Source: Hyphochytrium catenoides (lineage: Eukaryota > Protista > Hyphochytriomycota). Taken from it: DNA of 64,000 nucleotides. The translations under genes and the position numbers were made by a program. The notes under the pieces are model-generated. The model searched no databases. It saw nothing but the letters and a program-made list of their open reading frames with translations, and was not told the DNA's origin. Location: positions 1-64,000 of the forward strand of contig FLMG01001397.1 in NCBI GenBank assembly GCA_900088475.1, given 5' to 3'. This document shows positions 47,801 to 60,464 of the stretch, piece after piece. How positions within the stretch are numbered: the stretch's first letter is position 1; the number at the start of each line of letters is the position of its first letter.

Positions 47801-49711
47801 TGTTCCGAGTAGAAGAAGTCTATGACTGAGGAGGAGGATGAGTAGGCCATCATGAGCTAGGAGGTTGGTGGTTGTTGGCTGTACAACAGAGCTAAATAAT
47901 GACAGGGTTCTTCAAGGCACTGATATCATTAGTAATAGAAGAAGAAATGAAGGATCTGCAGCTGCTAGCACCATCATCGAATGAACTAAAACGAAGAGGA
48001 CAAATAAAAAAGAAGAATGACAAGCAAGGAACAAAACAGGAGAAGAGGGAAGAAGCGCTCGTCTTTCTACTGTTTGTTGTCGTCCCTCCTGGCCCGTTCG
48101 GGAGGTTATGGATGGCAACAGATCGCCATTCATAACTGACCTTATAATAAAATGAAGAAGAAGAAAGGTAGTGTGTGCGTCTTACATTCTTCTTTTTTGC
48201 TCTCCTCTTCTCCTCATCAAATCATCACCACCCTAACGAGGTCTTTCTTCCTCCACCTCATCTTCCTGTCCTTGTTTCTCATGTCTCTTCTTCCTCTATC
48301 TATTGGGCTCTTCCTGATGTATTATTCTCTTTAACAGCAAGCATAATTTGGCTACTAATGATAAAAAACTCTTTATTATCCGCCAGGAGGTTGTTGAAGC
48401 AAATCAGCAGCAAGCACCACTCGGTTATATAGTAGTAACAGAAGACGAGGACCACTAACTGATGGAGGAGCGAGAGAGAAGAGAACTATGATGAAGAAGA
48501 AGAGAAAGACAGACCGAAATCCTCCTTCCTCATAGTAGGGACAAAGGTCCAGCGCTAGAGGTGGAAGAGGTCTGAGTACTAAGTAGTCCTAGTAGAGCTC
48601 GGGATTGCCTGGGCGCGGGTGGGGCGCCGCTGCTGCCTGCATCCATCATGATGATGATGATAATAGAGATTCTCTTCTTCGTGCTGCTGCTGCTGCTGCT
48701 GATGGATGATGATGATGATAGAGATCTGAACGGACACAGAGAAGATCCTTTATAATCAAAGAAAGCGAACTGTATGCCAGGAGCCGGTGGATGGGAAGAA
48801 ATAGAACCTCTTCTAATTTAAATCTTTCCTTTTGCTTTCTTTTTGATAAAGAATTCATTTACAGTATTGCACGTTATTGCCTGTGTCCGACAGCTGGTTT
48901 TATGGAGAGGAATTGATAAAGTATATAAATTTAATTCTTTTTTGTGGAAGAATAAGAAGACCTAAAAAGGCAGGAGTGGGTGGGCCCTTTGTACGCTTCC
49001 CATCTCCTTTACACAAACCCCATGCCACTGACTCTGTCTATTCTTAGAACAGGAGTAGTAATACGACGCCGCTAGGCCCTTATCACCTTATACACACTGT
49101 AACCGTATAGTACTATGTTCCCGTACGGTGCGGCTTCACAGTGCAGAGAGAAAGGGAGCAGCGCCACGTCGTTTCTCTCTCAATAAAAAGAGAACCACCG
49201 CTGTAAGGTCTGCAGGTAGAAACCTCAACGGACAACCTGGCCCTTTATCTCTTAGGGTTGTTCCCGCTGGGCAGTTCGGGCAGAGGACCGGATGAAAAGT
49301 TATCCGTATGTGCGCGCGCACCGCCGCCTCCTCTTCAGCAAGCTCCACCGCTTGTTAACTTTGCTTGGAGACCCACCGCCGCCTGACCGCCGTCTGCGGG
49401 TTTTGGTTAGAAGAAGCTACCAGCGCGGCCTGGACGTCCTCTTGCGGCAAGTAGTCCCTATCTGACTGCCCTTTCTGACGGTGACAGCTCCTACAGGCTG
49501 GCTGTGTGGAGACCGAGACTCTCCGGGCAGGGCGCCTCCCATATACTTGTGGCCGTAGGAAGTCCAGGTTCGCAGCTGACGGTACGCCGGGTGATACAGG
49601 TTCATCTCACTGCCTATTGAAGTTGAAAGCTGTCCTTCGCTCGCAGCCACCAGGACCTTGACGGGCCCTCGTAGTTAGTTGCCCTCAAGGTACATATTCG
49701 GGCCTGGAGAA

Positions 49712-52700
49712 ATGGCCAAAAGCAGGGCCAGCTTGACGTCTGTCACAGACTATTCCTCCATTCGGACACCAGCAAGCTCGTATGCCACCGTCACTCGGCC
49801 TAATCTCGACAGCGTAATGAGCGTGACGCCTTCGCTGGCAAAGGAAATCCCTGCTTCCGCTTGGACCCGGCGCTTCAACACACCAGACCCGTCAGAACGA
49901 GTACATACACCTTCCATGCCACCTGTTGGAGAAAGCATTAAGCTCTTACCTATGGCATATAGGCTGGCAAGGTGAGAATCAGAAGGAAGGGGAGCAAAAA
50001 TCACAGGCTTCTTTATGGAAATAGCAAGGACAACAGAAGCGAGTCTGAGCAAAAAGCCCGAGCCCTAATGGTTCCTTCACTCATATGCCCGCCCTTTGCT
50101 TATCGTGTACAATCTAGCTACATCTATGAAGAGACATCCGCTGGCCGTGCTCCTATATTGGATCTTAAGGTGTGTGAACGACTTCTTGTGCTCAAACTGA
50201 CGGAATCATCTTGCTGAACGGTTCTCCGTGTCAACAGCTTCCCACTCTGCAACCAGAGAAGCCAGGACCTAACGCTGGCGTTCCTCTTGGAGGAATCGGC
50301 GGAGGATCAATTGGCCGCGGCTGGAAAGGAGACTTCAGGAGATGGTCCCTCAGACCAGGTAGGCTCCACTGTCACTGTATAGTTCTTGCTAGCGTTCACC
50401 CATGATCGGATTTAGGATCCTATGAGCACCGGGAGGTTATCGCTGACCAGTTCTCAGTGTACGTGAACCGTGCTGGAAAGGNNNNNNNNNNNNNNNNNNN
50501 NNNNNAGAGAGAGAGAGAGAGAGAGAGGGGTAGAACTATTCTTGACGCAAAACCTTACCTATCTTTGTCGTGACAGGTTCTCTCTCACAGAAGAGATGGC
50601 GGACCCGATGGTGCCTTGTTTTCCTGGGACTGGGGCATGAACACTAGCAATGCCTGTTACCACGCGATGTATCCGAGAGCTTGGACTGTCTATGAGTTTC
50701 CCGAGGCGGCCATCCGATTGGTCTGTCGGCAGATCTCGCCCGTCATCCCTCATAACTATACAGAGTCTTCCATTCCGGCCGCAGTCTTTGTATGGAGTGT
50801 AGAGAATCTGGGAGACGAGGAGATAGACGTTAGTATCATGTTCACCTTTCAGAATGGTACAGGAGGAAAGAACGACTTTGCAGGCAGCCATCAAAATGAG
50901 GTATGTTCTATGCCGTAAGAAGCCAACCGCTTGAAGGTGTAGCCGTGCCCTTTATGACCCACGTTTTGTCTAGGCCTTTGGCTTCGAAGAATCTGCTTTG
51001 GGAGCTTCAGACTGTGCTATGGGTGTGAAGCTCCATCATGTGGAGCGCACCCTAGCGGCAATCCCTCGAGAAGAGATGAAGAAGAGGCATTGCATGTGCT
51101 GCTTCGGATGCTTTGGGATATGCAAATCTTTTCATAAGTCCAATGATGATGACAGGGAGCTTTACATTGATCCGTTGACCTTCTGCATCGCGGCTCCAGC
51201 GGGACAACCTGGCGTCGAAGTCACACATCACGCTTCTTGGAGGACAAACGGCATGCGGGCTGGTCAAGAGGTAACGGGTTCGACTCTTGATACCTGATCT
51301 TCCTGTTCAATGTTTATGCTGCTTATATGGTCCTTTGACGCCACCAGCACGTCGATATATCGTTCTTGACCGTGGTGTCCACTGCTTAGCTTGCTATGTT
51401 GCTCTCTATTCCTTTACTGCTTACCCTCACTTCCACTACTAGATCTAGATTTAGGTCGCTAATCTGTGTGCCTTTGGCCCATGCACCTTACGTAGGTGTG
51501 GAGACATTTTAAGACCAGCGGGCGGCTCGACAACTCCACAAGTCAGCGGGGCCCTAGTAATGTTGGCGAAAGCATCGGCGCCGCCTTAGCTCAGACGTTC
51601 GTAGTTCAGCCCAAAGAACTCAAAAGCAACATTGTCTTTTCCCTTGCGTGGGACATGCCCCTTGCTCGCTTCAGCGAGGGCAAAGCTTACCCACGGCGCT
51701 ATACTAAATTCTTTGGCGATGATGGTAAAGCTGTGGAGGCCATCACAGAGCATGCTTTGAAGTATTGGCGGGTGTGGGAGGAGGCCATAGAGCAGTGGCA
51801 GGAGCCGATTCTCTCGTCTCCTCAGCTGCCTGACTGGTATAAAGGTCAGCTATTTAACGAGCTCTACTTCATCACTGATGGAGGCACAATCTGGACCACA
51901 ATTGGTGGCGCCAATGCCCCGTACGTTGACCATTTTGACGATTCTCCACGGGATTATGGTGATCAACGGCCAAAGCTACCTGCCCCGTCATTGGACCGTG
52001 TGGCGATCGCAGGACAAAGACAATCACACTACCGCGCTAGCTACAACTCTGGGTTCGTTCTGCCTTCGCAAGGGACTTCTCCAAGCTCAGTTCCAGGCCG
52101 TGAGAGTATATCGAGAGACTCAGGTGTCTTTATCTACCAGAGGGAAAACACGAAGCTGCCAAACCCTGATGGTTACCTCTGCAATGATGATCCCATCCAC
52201 TATGAAGACATGGGTTGGAACATTATGCATAGAGATGACTCCATTGGGCACTTTCTATACCTTGAAGGCCACGAGTACCTTATGTACAACACATATGACG
52301 TACACTTTTACGCCTCCTTTGCTCTCATCATGAACTGGCCACAGTTGGAGCTCAGCCTGCAAAGAGACTTTGCGGCGGCAGTTATGACTCACGATGATGA
52401 GATTCGGACGCTTTTCAGCCATGGAGAGATACGGAGGAGAAAAATTGAAGGCCAAGTGCCGCATGATGTTGGCTCTCCAGCTGAAGACCCATGGAATAGG
52501 GTAAGCTTTCATTGCAATAGAAGCACTCAATTTCGCGACCTCTGCATGCCTTGTCTCTGCAAGCCTAACCGAGCCGTCTCTATCCTCTCAGCTGCTCTCT
52601 CTTTTACTCTCTTCTGTTGCACTTTAACTCTCTGACGTTCTCTATCATGCCTCTATGATACTAGGTGAATGCCTATAACTTCCAGGACGTTGGTCACTGG

Positions 52701-53651
52701 AAGGATCTGGGCCCTAAATTTGTCCTACAGATTTACCGGGACTACGTCGCCACTGGCGATGAGAAGTTTCTCCGTGAGATGTATCCAGTTGTTAAGCAAG
52801 TCATCGACCACTGTCAGCAGTTCGACCGTGATGGTGATGGCCTGATAGAGAATGAAGGTTTCCCAGACCAAACATATGATATATGGGTGGTGAACGGACC
52901 ATCATCGTACACAGGCAGTCTCTGGCTCTCAGCGCTAGCTTGCACAGTGATGATGGCGAACATAGTTGGTGACAGTGAGGCGGCTTTGCACTACCGCTCC
53001 CTAGAAACAAGAGGAAAGGACGCTTATGAGAAGCTTTTATGGAACGGCCGGTACTATAACTATGACAGCGGCAATTCAAAGACCAGCACCTCCATCATGT
53101 CAGACCAGCTGGCAGGGCAGTGGTATGCCAGGGCCTGTGGGCTTCCTAGCATAGTGCCTCCAGAACATGCTTCACTAGCTCTAGCCACGGTGTTCGCCAA
53201 CAATGTACTGAGATTTCATAACGGGACCATGGGAGCCGTCAATGGGATGACTGCGGATGGCAAGGTTGACAACTCCTGCCTGCAGTCTCGTGAGGTTTGG
53301 ACAGGCACCACCTACGCGGTTGCTGCAGCGATGATTCAAGAAAGTTTTTTCTCTAGTGGCCGTCCCATCACTCCCGAGGTCAAGGATCTCCGACGTGCGG
53401 GCTTTTCTACGGCTGAGGGCATCTCCCGTTGGGGCTGGCAGCAGGGAGGCTACTGGTTCGCCACTCCCGAGGGATGGGAGGGCTCAGGCAACTATCGCTC
53501 TATGGGATATATGAGGGCCCTTGCCATTTGGTCAATGCAGTGGGCTCTAGACGTTGTTCCTCGGCTGCCCCAGCAACAATCCCATCGTCTCTCAAACGCA
53601 ACCGTCCTTTCCCTAGTAGCTTCCGAAAATGGGCATGCTCCCAAGCACTAG
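49712..53651 (+). CDS. GBA2: Non-lysosomal glucosylceramidase (GH116), about 8 exons
   Basis: [15 protein letters not shown]; [12 protein letters not shown]; [15 protein letters not shown]; FSLAWDMP; LFNELYF; [22 protein letters not shown]; VPHDVG; [11 protein letters not shown]; [20 protein letters not shown]; [12 protein letters not shown]; SREVWTG; [13 protein letters not shown]. Confidence 0.96.
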
Positions 53652-54120
53652 AGGTTCTCTAGCAACCCGCTTGACCGCCCTCTAACAGTATCACTATGAC
53701 CTCTTGTACGATAGAGGAAGCAAGGCTTTCTAATGGTGTGAAGAATAAATAAAAGTTACCATAAGTAAGCGGTGCTGCGCTCAGACCACCACTCTTTGAA
53801 GGATGACGAGGCAAGGTCGACAACTCTTTGTTCGTTGCGAAGCCTAGGTTTGAAAGGGGAGGCTAAACCTGATCACTGCCTGTCTGCCTTCCATCTTTGC
53901 AACAGTGTGCGATGCGCTTTGACTGTCGGGGTAGGCATTGGGATGGGCTCAGTAGATGTTTCTCCATCGTCCCCGGATTAGAGAGCAAGAAGATCTGCTG
54001 GACCTAACAGAGCCCAGACATCAAGTGGGGGACAGAAAATCCGGTCTTCACATCCTCACCTCTTCTCAACCTTGCCTCTCCTGGACTGGATCCATCAATC
54101 CGCCAGTATACTTTGTATTG

Positions 54121-55244
54121 TCATGAGATGATCTCCACGTGTGGGAGAGCTTCCTTGGCTCTCTGCAGTTCATTCTGGCTAAGAGCGTTGCCAGCTAAAG
54201 TCAGTTGGCTCAGCTTATCTAATTGCTCCAAGGCGCCGATGGGAAGCTCTGAGAGCCTGTTCCCGTCCAGATGGAGTGTCGCAAGGGAGCTTAATGCCGT
54301 GATATTCGGAGAGAGGGAGTCGAGGCGGTTCTCTGTTCATAGAAGTAAGCACTGAACAGTGGCGTTCTAGAGGGCAGAGGAGACTGTACCTCGTAGGTCT
54401 AAACTTTCTAACGCAGTCAGCTTATAGACCGAATCAGGCAACGCGGTCAGATTGTTTTTTGAGAGATCCAAAGCTCGCAGTCCATGTAAGCGGTCTAGTA
54501 CGCTGGGGACAGAGCAGCAGAGGCAGGAGGAGAAAGGTGCGAAGTGAGCGGCAGGTCAACAAGGTGATAGAGCCGACAAATGAGGTAACAGAGAAGGGAG
54601 GGAAAGCAATGCGGAGGTTGTCTCCCAGGTGGCGGCCCCGACTGCAGTGCATCTTAGTTGCTCTCTCTCTTTGGCCTGAACTGGCTCTTACTCTTCTGTC
54701 TCTCGCTGTGTGTGTCTCTCGCTGTGTCTGTCTCTCGCTGTTTCTCTGCTTAATATCACTTAAAGGCCGCTTCTTGTCGTCTTCTCCCATTGTAAGAGGT
54801 TCCCAACCAACCACTTCTTTTGCCATGTTTGCAGTCCAAGGGTCTCCCTCTTTATCCTTTTGACACTCATCTAACTCCCCTTCCTCCATTCCTAAGTCTG
54901 TCCTCGAGACCTTGGGCCCTTCGGGCTTTCTCGTTCTTTGCTTGCTCAACGTACGTGGCCAACCTGCAGATGCAGGGCTCACCGATCTTCTCACACATGA
55001 TGTTCTTGCATAGTAGGTCTTCGCTGTTGCTGAGAAACAGCCCTGATACTTTGGTGCCATGTACAGCCACATCGCGATAGGACTTTGCGCGAATAGATGC
55101 TGATTGTCCGCCATTGACTGCTCTCACGATGACCTTTGGAAGCTGCAAGGCTTGGCGTGGTCTCTTCAATGAGGAGAGATTCTCCTTGAAGCCGGTAAGG
55201 AGGACGGTATGCTTAAGACCCTTACGTCCCGTGGCTAGAGCCAT
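54121..55244 (-). CDS. Leucine-rich repeat protein, 3 exons (~55244-54957, ~54502-54390, ~54332-54121)
   Basis: Spliced ...CICRLATVLDRLHGLRALDLSKNNLTALPDSVYKLTALESLDLRENRLDSL...LATLHLDGNRLSELP...LSQLTLAGNAL; four LxxLxLxxN repeats. Confidence 0.85.
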
Positions 55245-56006
55245 GGTTTCGCACGCAGTATCAGGCTGACGGAGCCAGTAGCCAACTAGAGATTGGCCTG
55301 CGTGCCCCTCTCAGTCAAGCGACGGTCTGCTGGGCCTCTCGATACATGGCACCGAGCCTCACAAGGCACTATGGTTTATGACACTTGTTGGCTTCACTCG
55401 CTTCATAGCGCTGCTTGCTTCCTGCTGCTGCTTGACCGCGGTTCAGAATATTACTGGTACTACTACAGATATTACAGTAAACATCCCATTTTAGCGTTCT
55501 TATCCTGAATAGGTCATCCCTGCATCCCTGCATCATCGTCATCAACACAATCTCCCTCAAGTGGCTTATCACGTTTTACCATGAAGCTGATGATGGGCTT
55601 GGCTCGAGCCCTGACGAAGAGAGAGATCGGGGTTCATCCTCCTCCCTCTGCGGCTGACTCGACCTCTGCATTGTTTTCGGCGACGTGAGAGCCTCCTAGA
55701 CTCTCCTTTTCTCTGCAGATCTATCGGGAGGCGGTGAGAAACAAGAAAGATGGCTGGCGAGGAAGCTACTGCACGGCCAGGATCATCAGGTAATGCATAT
55801 GACGAGAGAGGAGAGATAGATAGGACCAGAAAGAAGCGGGAGACATCTAAAGCGGATGGTTATAGGTTGCCAGGTGCGGCGGTAGGAGGCGTAGAGTAGG
55901 GGCCTGTCCTAGACAGCGGAGAGTATGCAGGGCCTATCTTCTAAGCTACTTCTTCTCTGTGGGCTCTGTCAAGGAAGACGGTACAGGAGCATGTGCCACT
56001 GGTTCC

Positions 56007-56937
56007 ATGGCCGCTACGGTGGAGCCATGCGCACCACAGATTAAGGTGGAGACCTTCTCGGAAAAGATTGCGGATAAGATCGTCAATATCCAGGTGCAGA
56101 GTTCGTCCTGACTCAGAGCATCGAGAGTCCAGTATCTCTTTTATCACTGTCTCGCGTCTGGATTTGGCCTTCCTGGCTTATGCTCGCGCTCCTATCCCGC
56201 CGCTGACGATGCTGATACCTCACTAGATTGCTTGCTTTTTCTGTCCTCGTACCTGCTGCGGCTCTCTTCAATTCTTGTCTCTCTATCTCCTGAATATCGC
56301 TGTTATCCTACTGCATCTATCTTTGTCACCCTCTCACGTCTGTTCCAATACTCTCTTCTTCTCTCAATCGTCCTACCATTAATCTACGTGCATCAGGTTT
56401 ACCATTTAGTCGACAGCTACTTCGTCTCACTGGCTTTTCAAGGAGAGAGCTACCGCTTAGGGTTGGTAACTTCTCCATCTTTACTCTGGCTCTTCCCGGT
56501 GTTACAGAGTCTCCAAGAGATAGCGCAGGATAGACTGCTGCTAAGCGCTTCTTCCAAGCGTTCTCTCGACCTCCATCTCTTCCCTTCCGTGCCATCTGTG
56601 CTATTGAATCTATCTGTGGCCCAAGTCTAACAAGTATCTCCTTCCTCTCCCTCTCTCTCTTGGTGTTCTCATCTGGGGCAGAGTCCTTCACAACGCCTTA
56701 CTTTCAAGGTTCAGCGATGCACCGCTATGTACTAGTCTTCTGGGCCTAAGCACTGCTGGCTTTGGTGAGGGACTAGCGAAGAGGCTCGCAAAGAGAACCG
56801 GCAAAGTGGTTTTCGTTAGTTGCGACATCCCAGAAGTGCCGGAAAACTTGGTCTTCCTTCCTGCCATAGAGAAGAGGCTTGTACAGCGCATTCCTGGCCT
56901 AAGCACAGAGGCAAGCTCCCAAGAAACAGCGATATAA
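56007..56937 (+). CDS. PSMG4: Proteasome assembly chaperone 4, 3 exons (~56007-56093, ~56397-56461, ~56682-56937)
   Basis: Spliced MAATVEPCAPQIKVETFSEKIADKIVNIQ/VYHLVDSYFVSL...LG/VLHNALLSRFSDAPLCTSLLG...GLAKRLAKRTGKVVFVSCDIP...AIEKRL; matches PAC4 motifs TSLLG and LAxRLAxxxxxxVFVS. Confidence 0.8.
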
Positions 56938-57124
56938 AATTTTGATTCTCTTTTTATCGCCCCTGGTGTGGGGAGGTTTGCATCCCAACGTCACCGCACT
57001 GTTCACTAGCACAGCAGATCAAGACGAGAGAAGGACAAATCTGTCGTCTGTGCTCTTATGGTCCTCTCCTACCAATACGACCTCTTTGTCTCCCGCACAC
57101 ACTCCCTGCCACCTCTCAAGTCGT

Positions 57125-59518
57125 TCATTGCCGCATAGAGAAATCGCGGTCAGCAGCAGTCGATCGTGGGACAGCGACAGCCCCAGCGTGTCTGTTGCCA
57201 CAGGAGACGCTCTGTACGGCAAAGCCTTTCAAGCCTTCCACAATCGTTGGCTGCTGTTTGTTTTTCTTGTCCTCATGTCCTAGGCAAGTACTACGTCCCT
57301 TCCCAAAGGTGTAGAGATCTCCATTGTCTATGTTGAACATTCAAGCATGGGTAAGAGAGGAAGAGAGAGAGTCGAAAAGAGAAAGTCAGATAGTGAGAAA
57401 GGGAGAGCCAGCTGGCGGGTGCAGTAGAGGAGGATATATTGGAGCTCAGACCTGTGATCGCTGCTGTGTAGTTTCCTCCACAACTTGTCTGTACCACCTT
57501 GTGACCGCGAAGCCCTGTCATCTCGTTTGGCTCCAAGTAGAGCTAAGATTTTGAGGGGTGAAGGGTCAGGGCGATAGTGAAGTCCGCTTTATGAAGCACC
57601 AACAGATCTCTACTGCCTAAAAATAGAGTAGAAGAGTGATGAGTGCTTACCCTCATGCCCCAGACGTAGAGCTTTCCTTCATCTGACACTGCACTGGCGT
57701 GGGAATGCCCCGCAGCTAACGACGTAACTGTGATCCCTATCGCGGAAGAACGGTCGCCAAAAAAGTGTAAAAGTTAGAAGTTAGAGGAGCCTGAGAGGTG
57801 TGCAAGCAGGACCTTTCCGTCATTTGACGGAGGGGCGGACGCTAACATGGTTCGGACCTTCAAACTTTTCAATCGTCCGTGGGTAGTTCTCCATGCTGTA
57901 CACATCCATGGACAACCCCCCGCCTAGTCCTAGTTGACCCTCTGCATAGTGAGAAGTTTGAGAAGAGTGAGAGTGAGAGAACAACGTGAGGAAATCATGC
58001 AGCCAATGACTTGTGTACAAGTAGTGAATTGCTCACGGTCATTTCTTCCCCAGCAGTAAACTGCACCGTCCTCAGTCAACGCTAAGGTGAAGGCGTGTCC
58101 AACTGCAATCTATAAAAGCAGAACGTTGAAAAATTGTTATGTATGTGCTGTTGGTACGACTCAACAGAGAATGCCTAGAGGATGCTCGAGCGCTACCTGC
58201 GAAACCGACGTCTGCTCAAAGAATTCCAAGGGTTCGGGTTCTAATGCGTGGGCGCTGCCTCCATTTCCGAGCCGACCATACTCGCCATTGCCCCAGCACC
58301 ACACTTCACCATTATCTGAGAGTGCCACAGTGTGCATCTCCCCGCAACCTACTGACTTTACTCTTACATTGTAGGACTGGAGTTAAGGAGAAGCCACAGA
58401 CTAGTGAAGGTACATTTCTTCAGACAGAAGAACGCGCAGAGCGTGATTCAAGCACTAAAAAAAGACAAGAGTCAGAGGTATTGCTGCAGTCAGACAGGAT
58501 CTAAAACGGAATATACTGACAAGCGATTTAACCGACGGAGATCCTCGTCGTCCTGTGTTAATCAACCACAAAAATGCTAAAGAAACGCTGTGAAGACTTG
58601 ACAAAGAGACGAGATGAGGAAGGAACATGAGGGCTGAAGTTAAGAAGGATATCTCTTCCTCCAGTACTCGAACAAGCTGCGGTGTGTGCTGATCACTCTT
58701 GTTGCCCAAACCCAAACCTCCAGGACCTAGAAGCATATGCGAGATCGTGGCAGAAAGTTACTTTTCAGTTTAGCGCGACAAAGATGGACGACTCATCACC
58801 TGAGAAGAGAGAGCCGCCCCAGCCCCAGGTGAAGACGCGGCCATGGCTATCCAGCGCCGCTGTATGATACTCGCCACAGTGAAGACATGTGGTTAAGGAA
58901 CGACTCGAAGGAAACAAGGCGGACAAAGTAGACAGATGACCATGCACAAGTGAAAAGATAGCGGTCGGAGCAGGATATGTGAACTTGTTTGATCTGCACG
59001 TCCTGAAGAGCCTCCACTAACTTGGGCTTATTCACAAGCATATCTTCTGCTGTGCCGTGGCCTAGCTTGCCGTACTTATTGCTGCCCCAGGTCCAGAGTC
59101 TGCCATCTTCACTGACTATGAAGAGAAGAATGAGTCTATGCACTCGACATGATAAGAGTGGAGATTGACGTCATACCCGCCGCTGAATGAGTGAAGCCTG
59201 CGGAAATCTGACAAATGTTCAGGTTCTCAAGCGTCTCTACTTCCTTTGGTAATAGATTCTCGAACGTGTTGCGGATGCCGGACTTCTCGACGTGTCCTAG
59301 GCCAAGCTGTCCATCATCACCGGTACCCCACATGAAGACTGCGGAATTGCAGTCAGCCCGTTGGACGACATACTCAAGGCTCACATCGTTAACCTTAGCT
59401 CACCTGAACGAGGCGCGTTCTGAGAACTGGAAGAGGAGAAGGAGCGCACTTCGACTGCAAACAAGCCGGGCCTCTGACTTGGTCGGGGCCGTGCAGCCCT
59501 CGCTAGCCTTCCCAACAT
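57125..59518 (-). CDS. RCC1-repeat beta-propeller protein with mitochondrial-type presequence; multi-exon
   Basis: MLGRLARAARPRPSQRPGLFAVEVRSFSS; VFMWGTGDDGQLGLG, ISAGFTHSAA, LWTWGSNKYGKLGHG, CGEYHTAAL..GRVFTWGWG, GEYGRLGNG, SCGNRHAGAV. Confidence 0.9.
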
Positions 59519-60464
59519 ACTCTTCTCTCAGGCCCACTACAGTGGATGATCGATACTGCCAGTTATAAGAGAGCCCTATCCCTCAGGAGCCCAGCACAAG
59601 TTGGCCACGCTTGTTTCTTTAAATCACGATGAACTTCCTTGGAACTCTAACTGCCAACGTATACCTCCCTCGACTAAAGGCCTTTAGTAGGGCTCACAGA
59701 AGGAAGACGAAGCTCATATTCCAGACATCTTCAGAAGATCTTCATCTGTCAGCGCTGCTGCAGTTTGGAGCCATTCGCAGCATCATATTCTCCTCCTTTT
59801 TCCGGTAACCGGGCTTTGTAGATCAAGCTTAGCAAATATCAGTAATCAGATTGTAGTAACTGAATAATATCGTGACAAGTGTCCTTTGAAAACGCAGATT
59901 TCAAAAATCTGGCTTCAACTCCTCCATAATCTCCGGAGAGCACCGATGAGAGAGATTGAAGAAGAGCGATGGATCTGGAGGACTCAACATCGCTCCTGTC
60001 ATAACCTTATGATGGGCGCTTCGTCCTAAAGGTGCACAGTCCGATAGCGTTGTCTACACAGGGCAAGGCACTGTGCACTTCTCCTAGTTACCAGGTCGTA
60101 GTGGTGCCTTGGTACCTTACACATACGTTACTTACCTTGGGTTGTGAGCGGCCAAGGCACTGAGTAGGCCGATCGCCAACTGCTGGGCAGCAGAGCAGCT
60201 ATATGTTACCATAGTCATGGCGTCTTGATCTCAGCTAAGCTCGTAAGAAGACAGGGCGAAGCATCACATTTAAAACCACAGAGAAAAACAGCAGCAACTC
60301 CCCGATAAAGAACACCATTTGGGGGGAGATAAAATTACTGGACATGCTCCTCGACCCTTCTACCTAGCGGTTCAAGCTCGTGACCCTAATCTGGTTGCCA
60401 AGATAAGTGCATTTGTCACGTCTAGTCGCTGGTCCCAGTGGCTCGAGCACTCACGAGAGGCAAG

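Noticed and set aside
54434-55114. 226-aa minus-strand ORF
   Set aside because: Off-frame read through LRR exon 1 and its GA-rich intron.
56326-56906. Minus-strand ORFs of 121 and 72 aa
   Set aside because: Antisense to the PSMG4 exons and introns.
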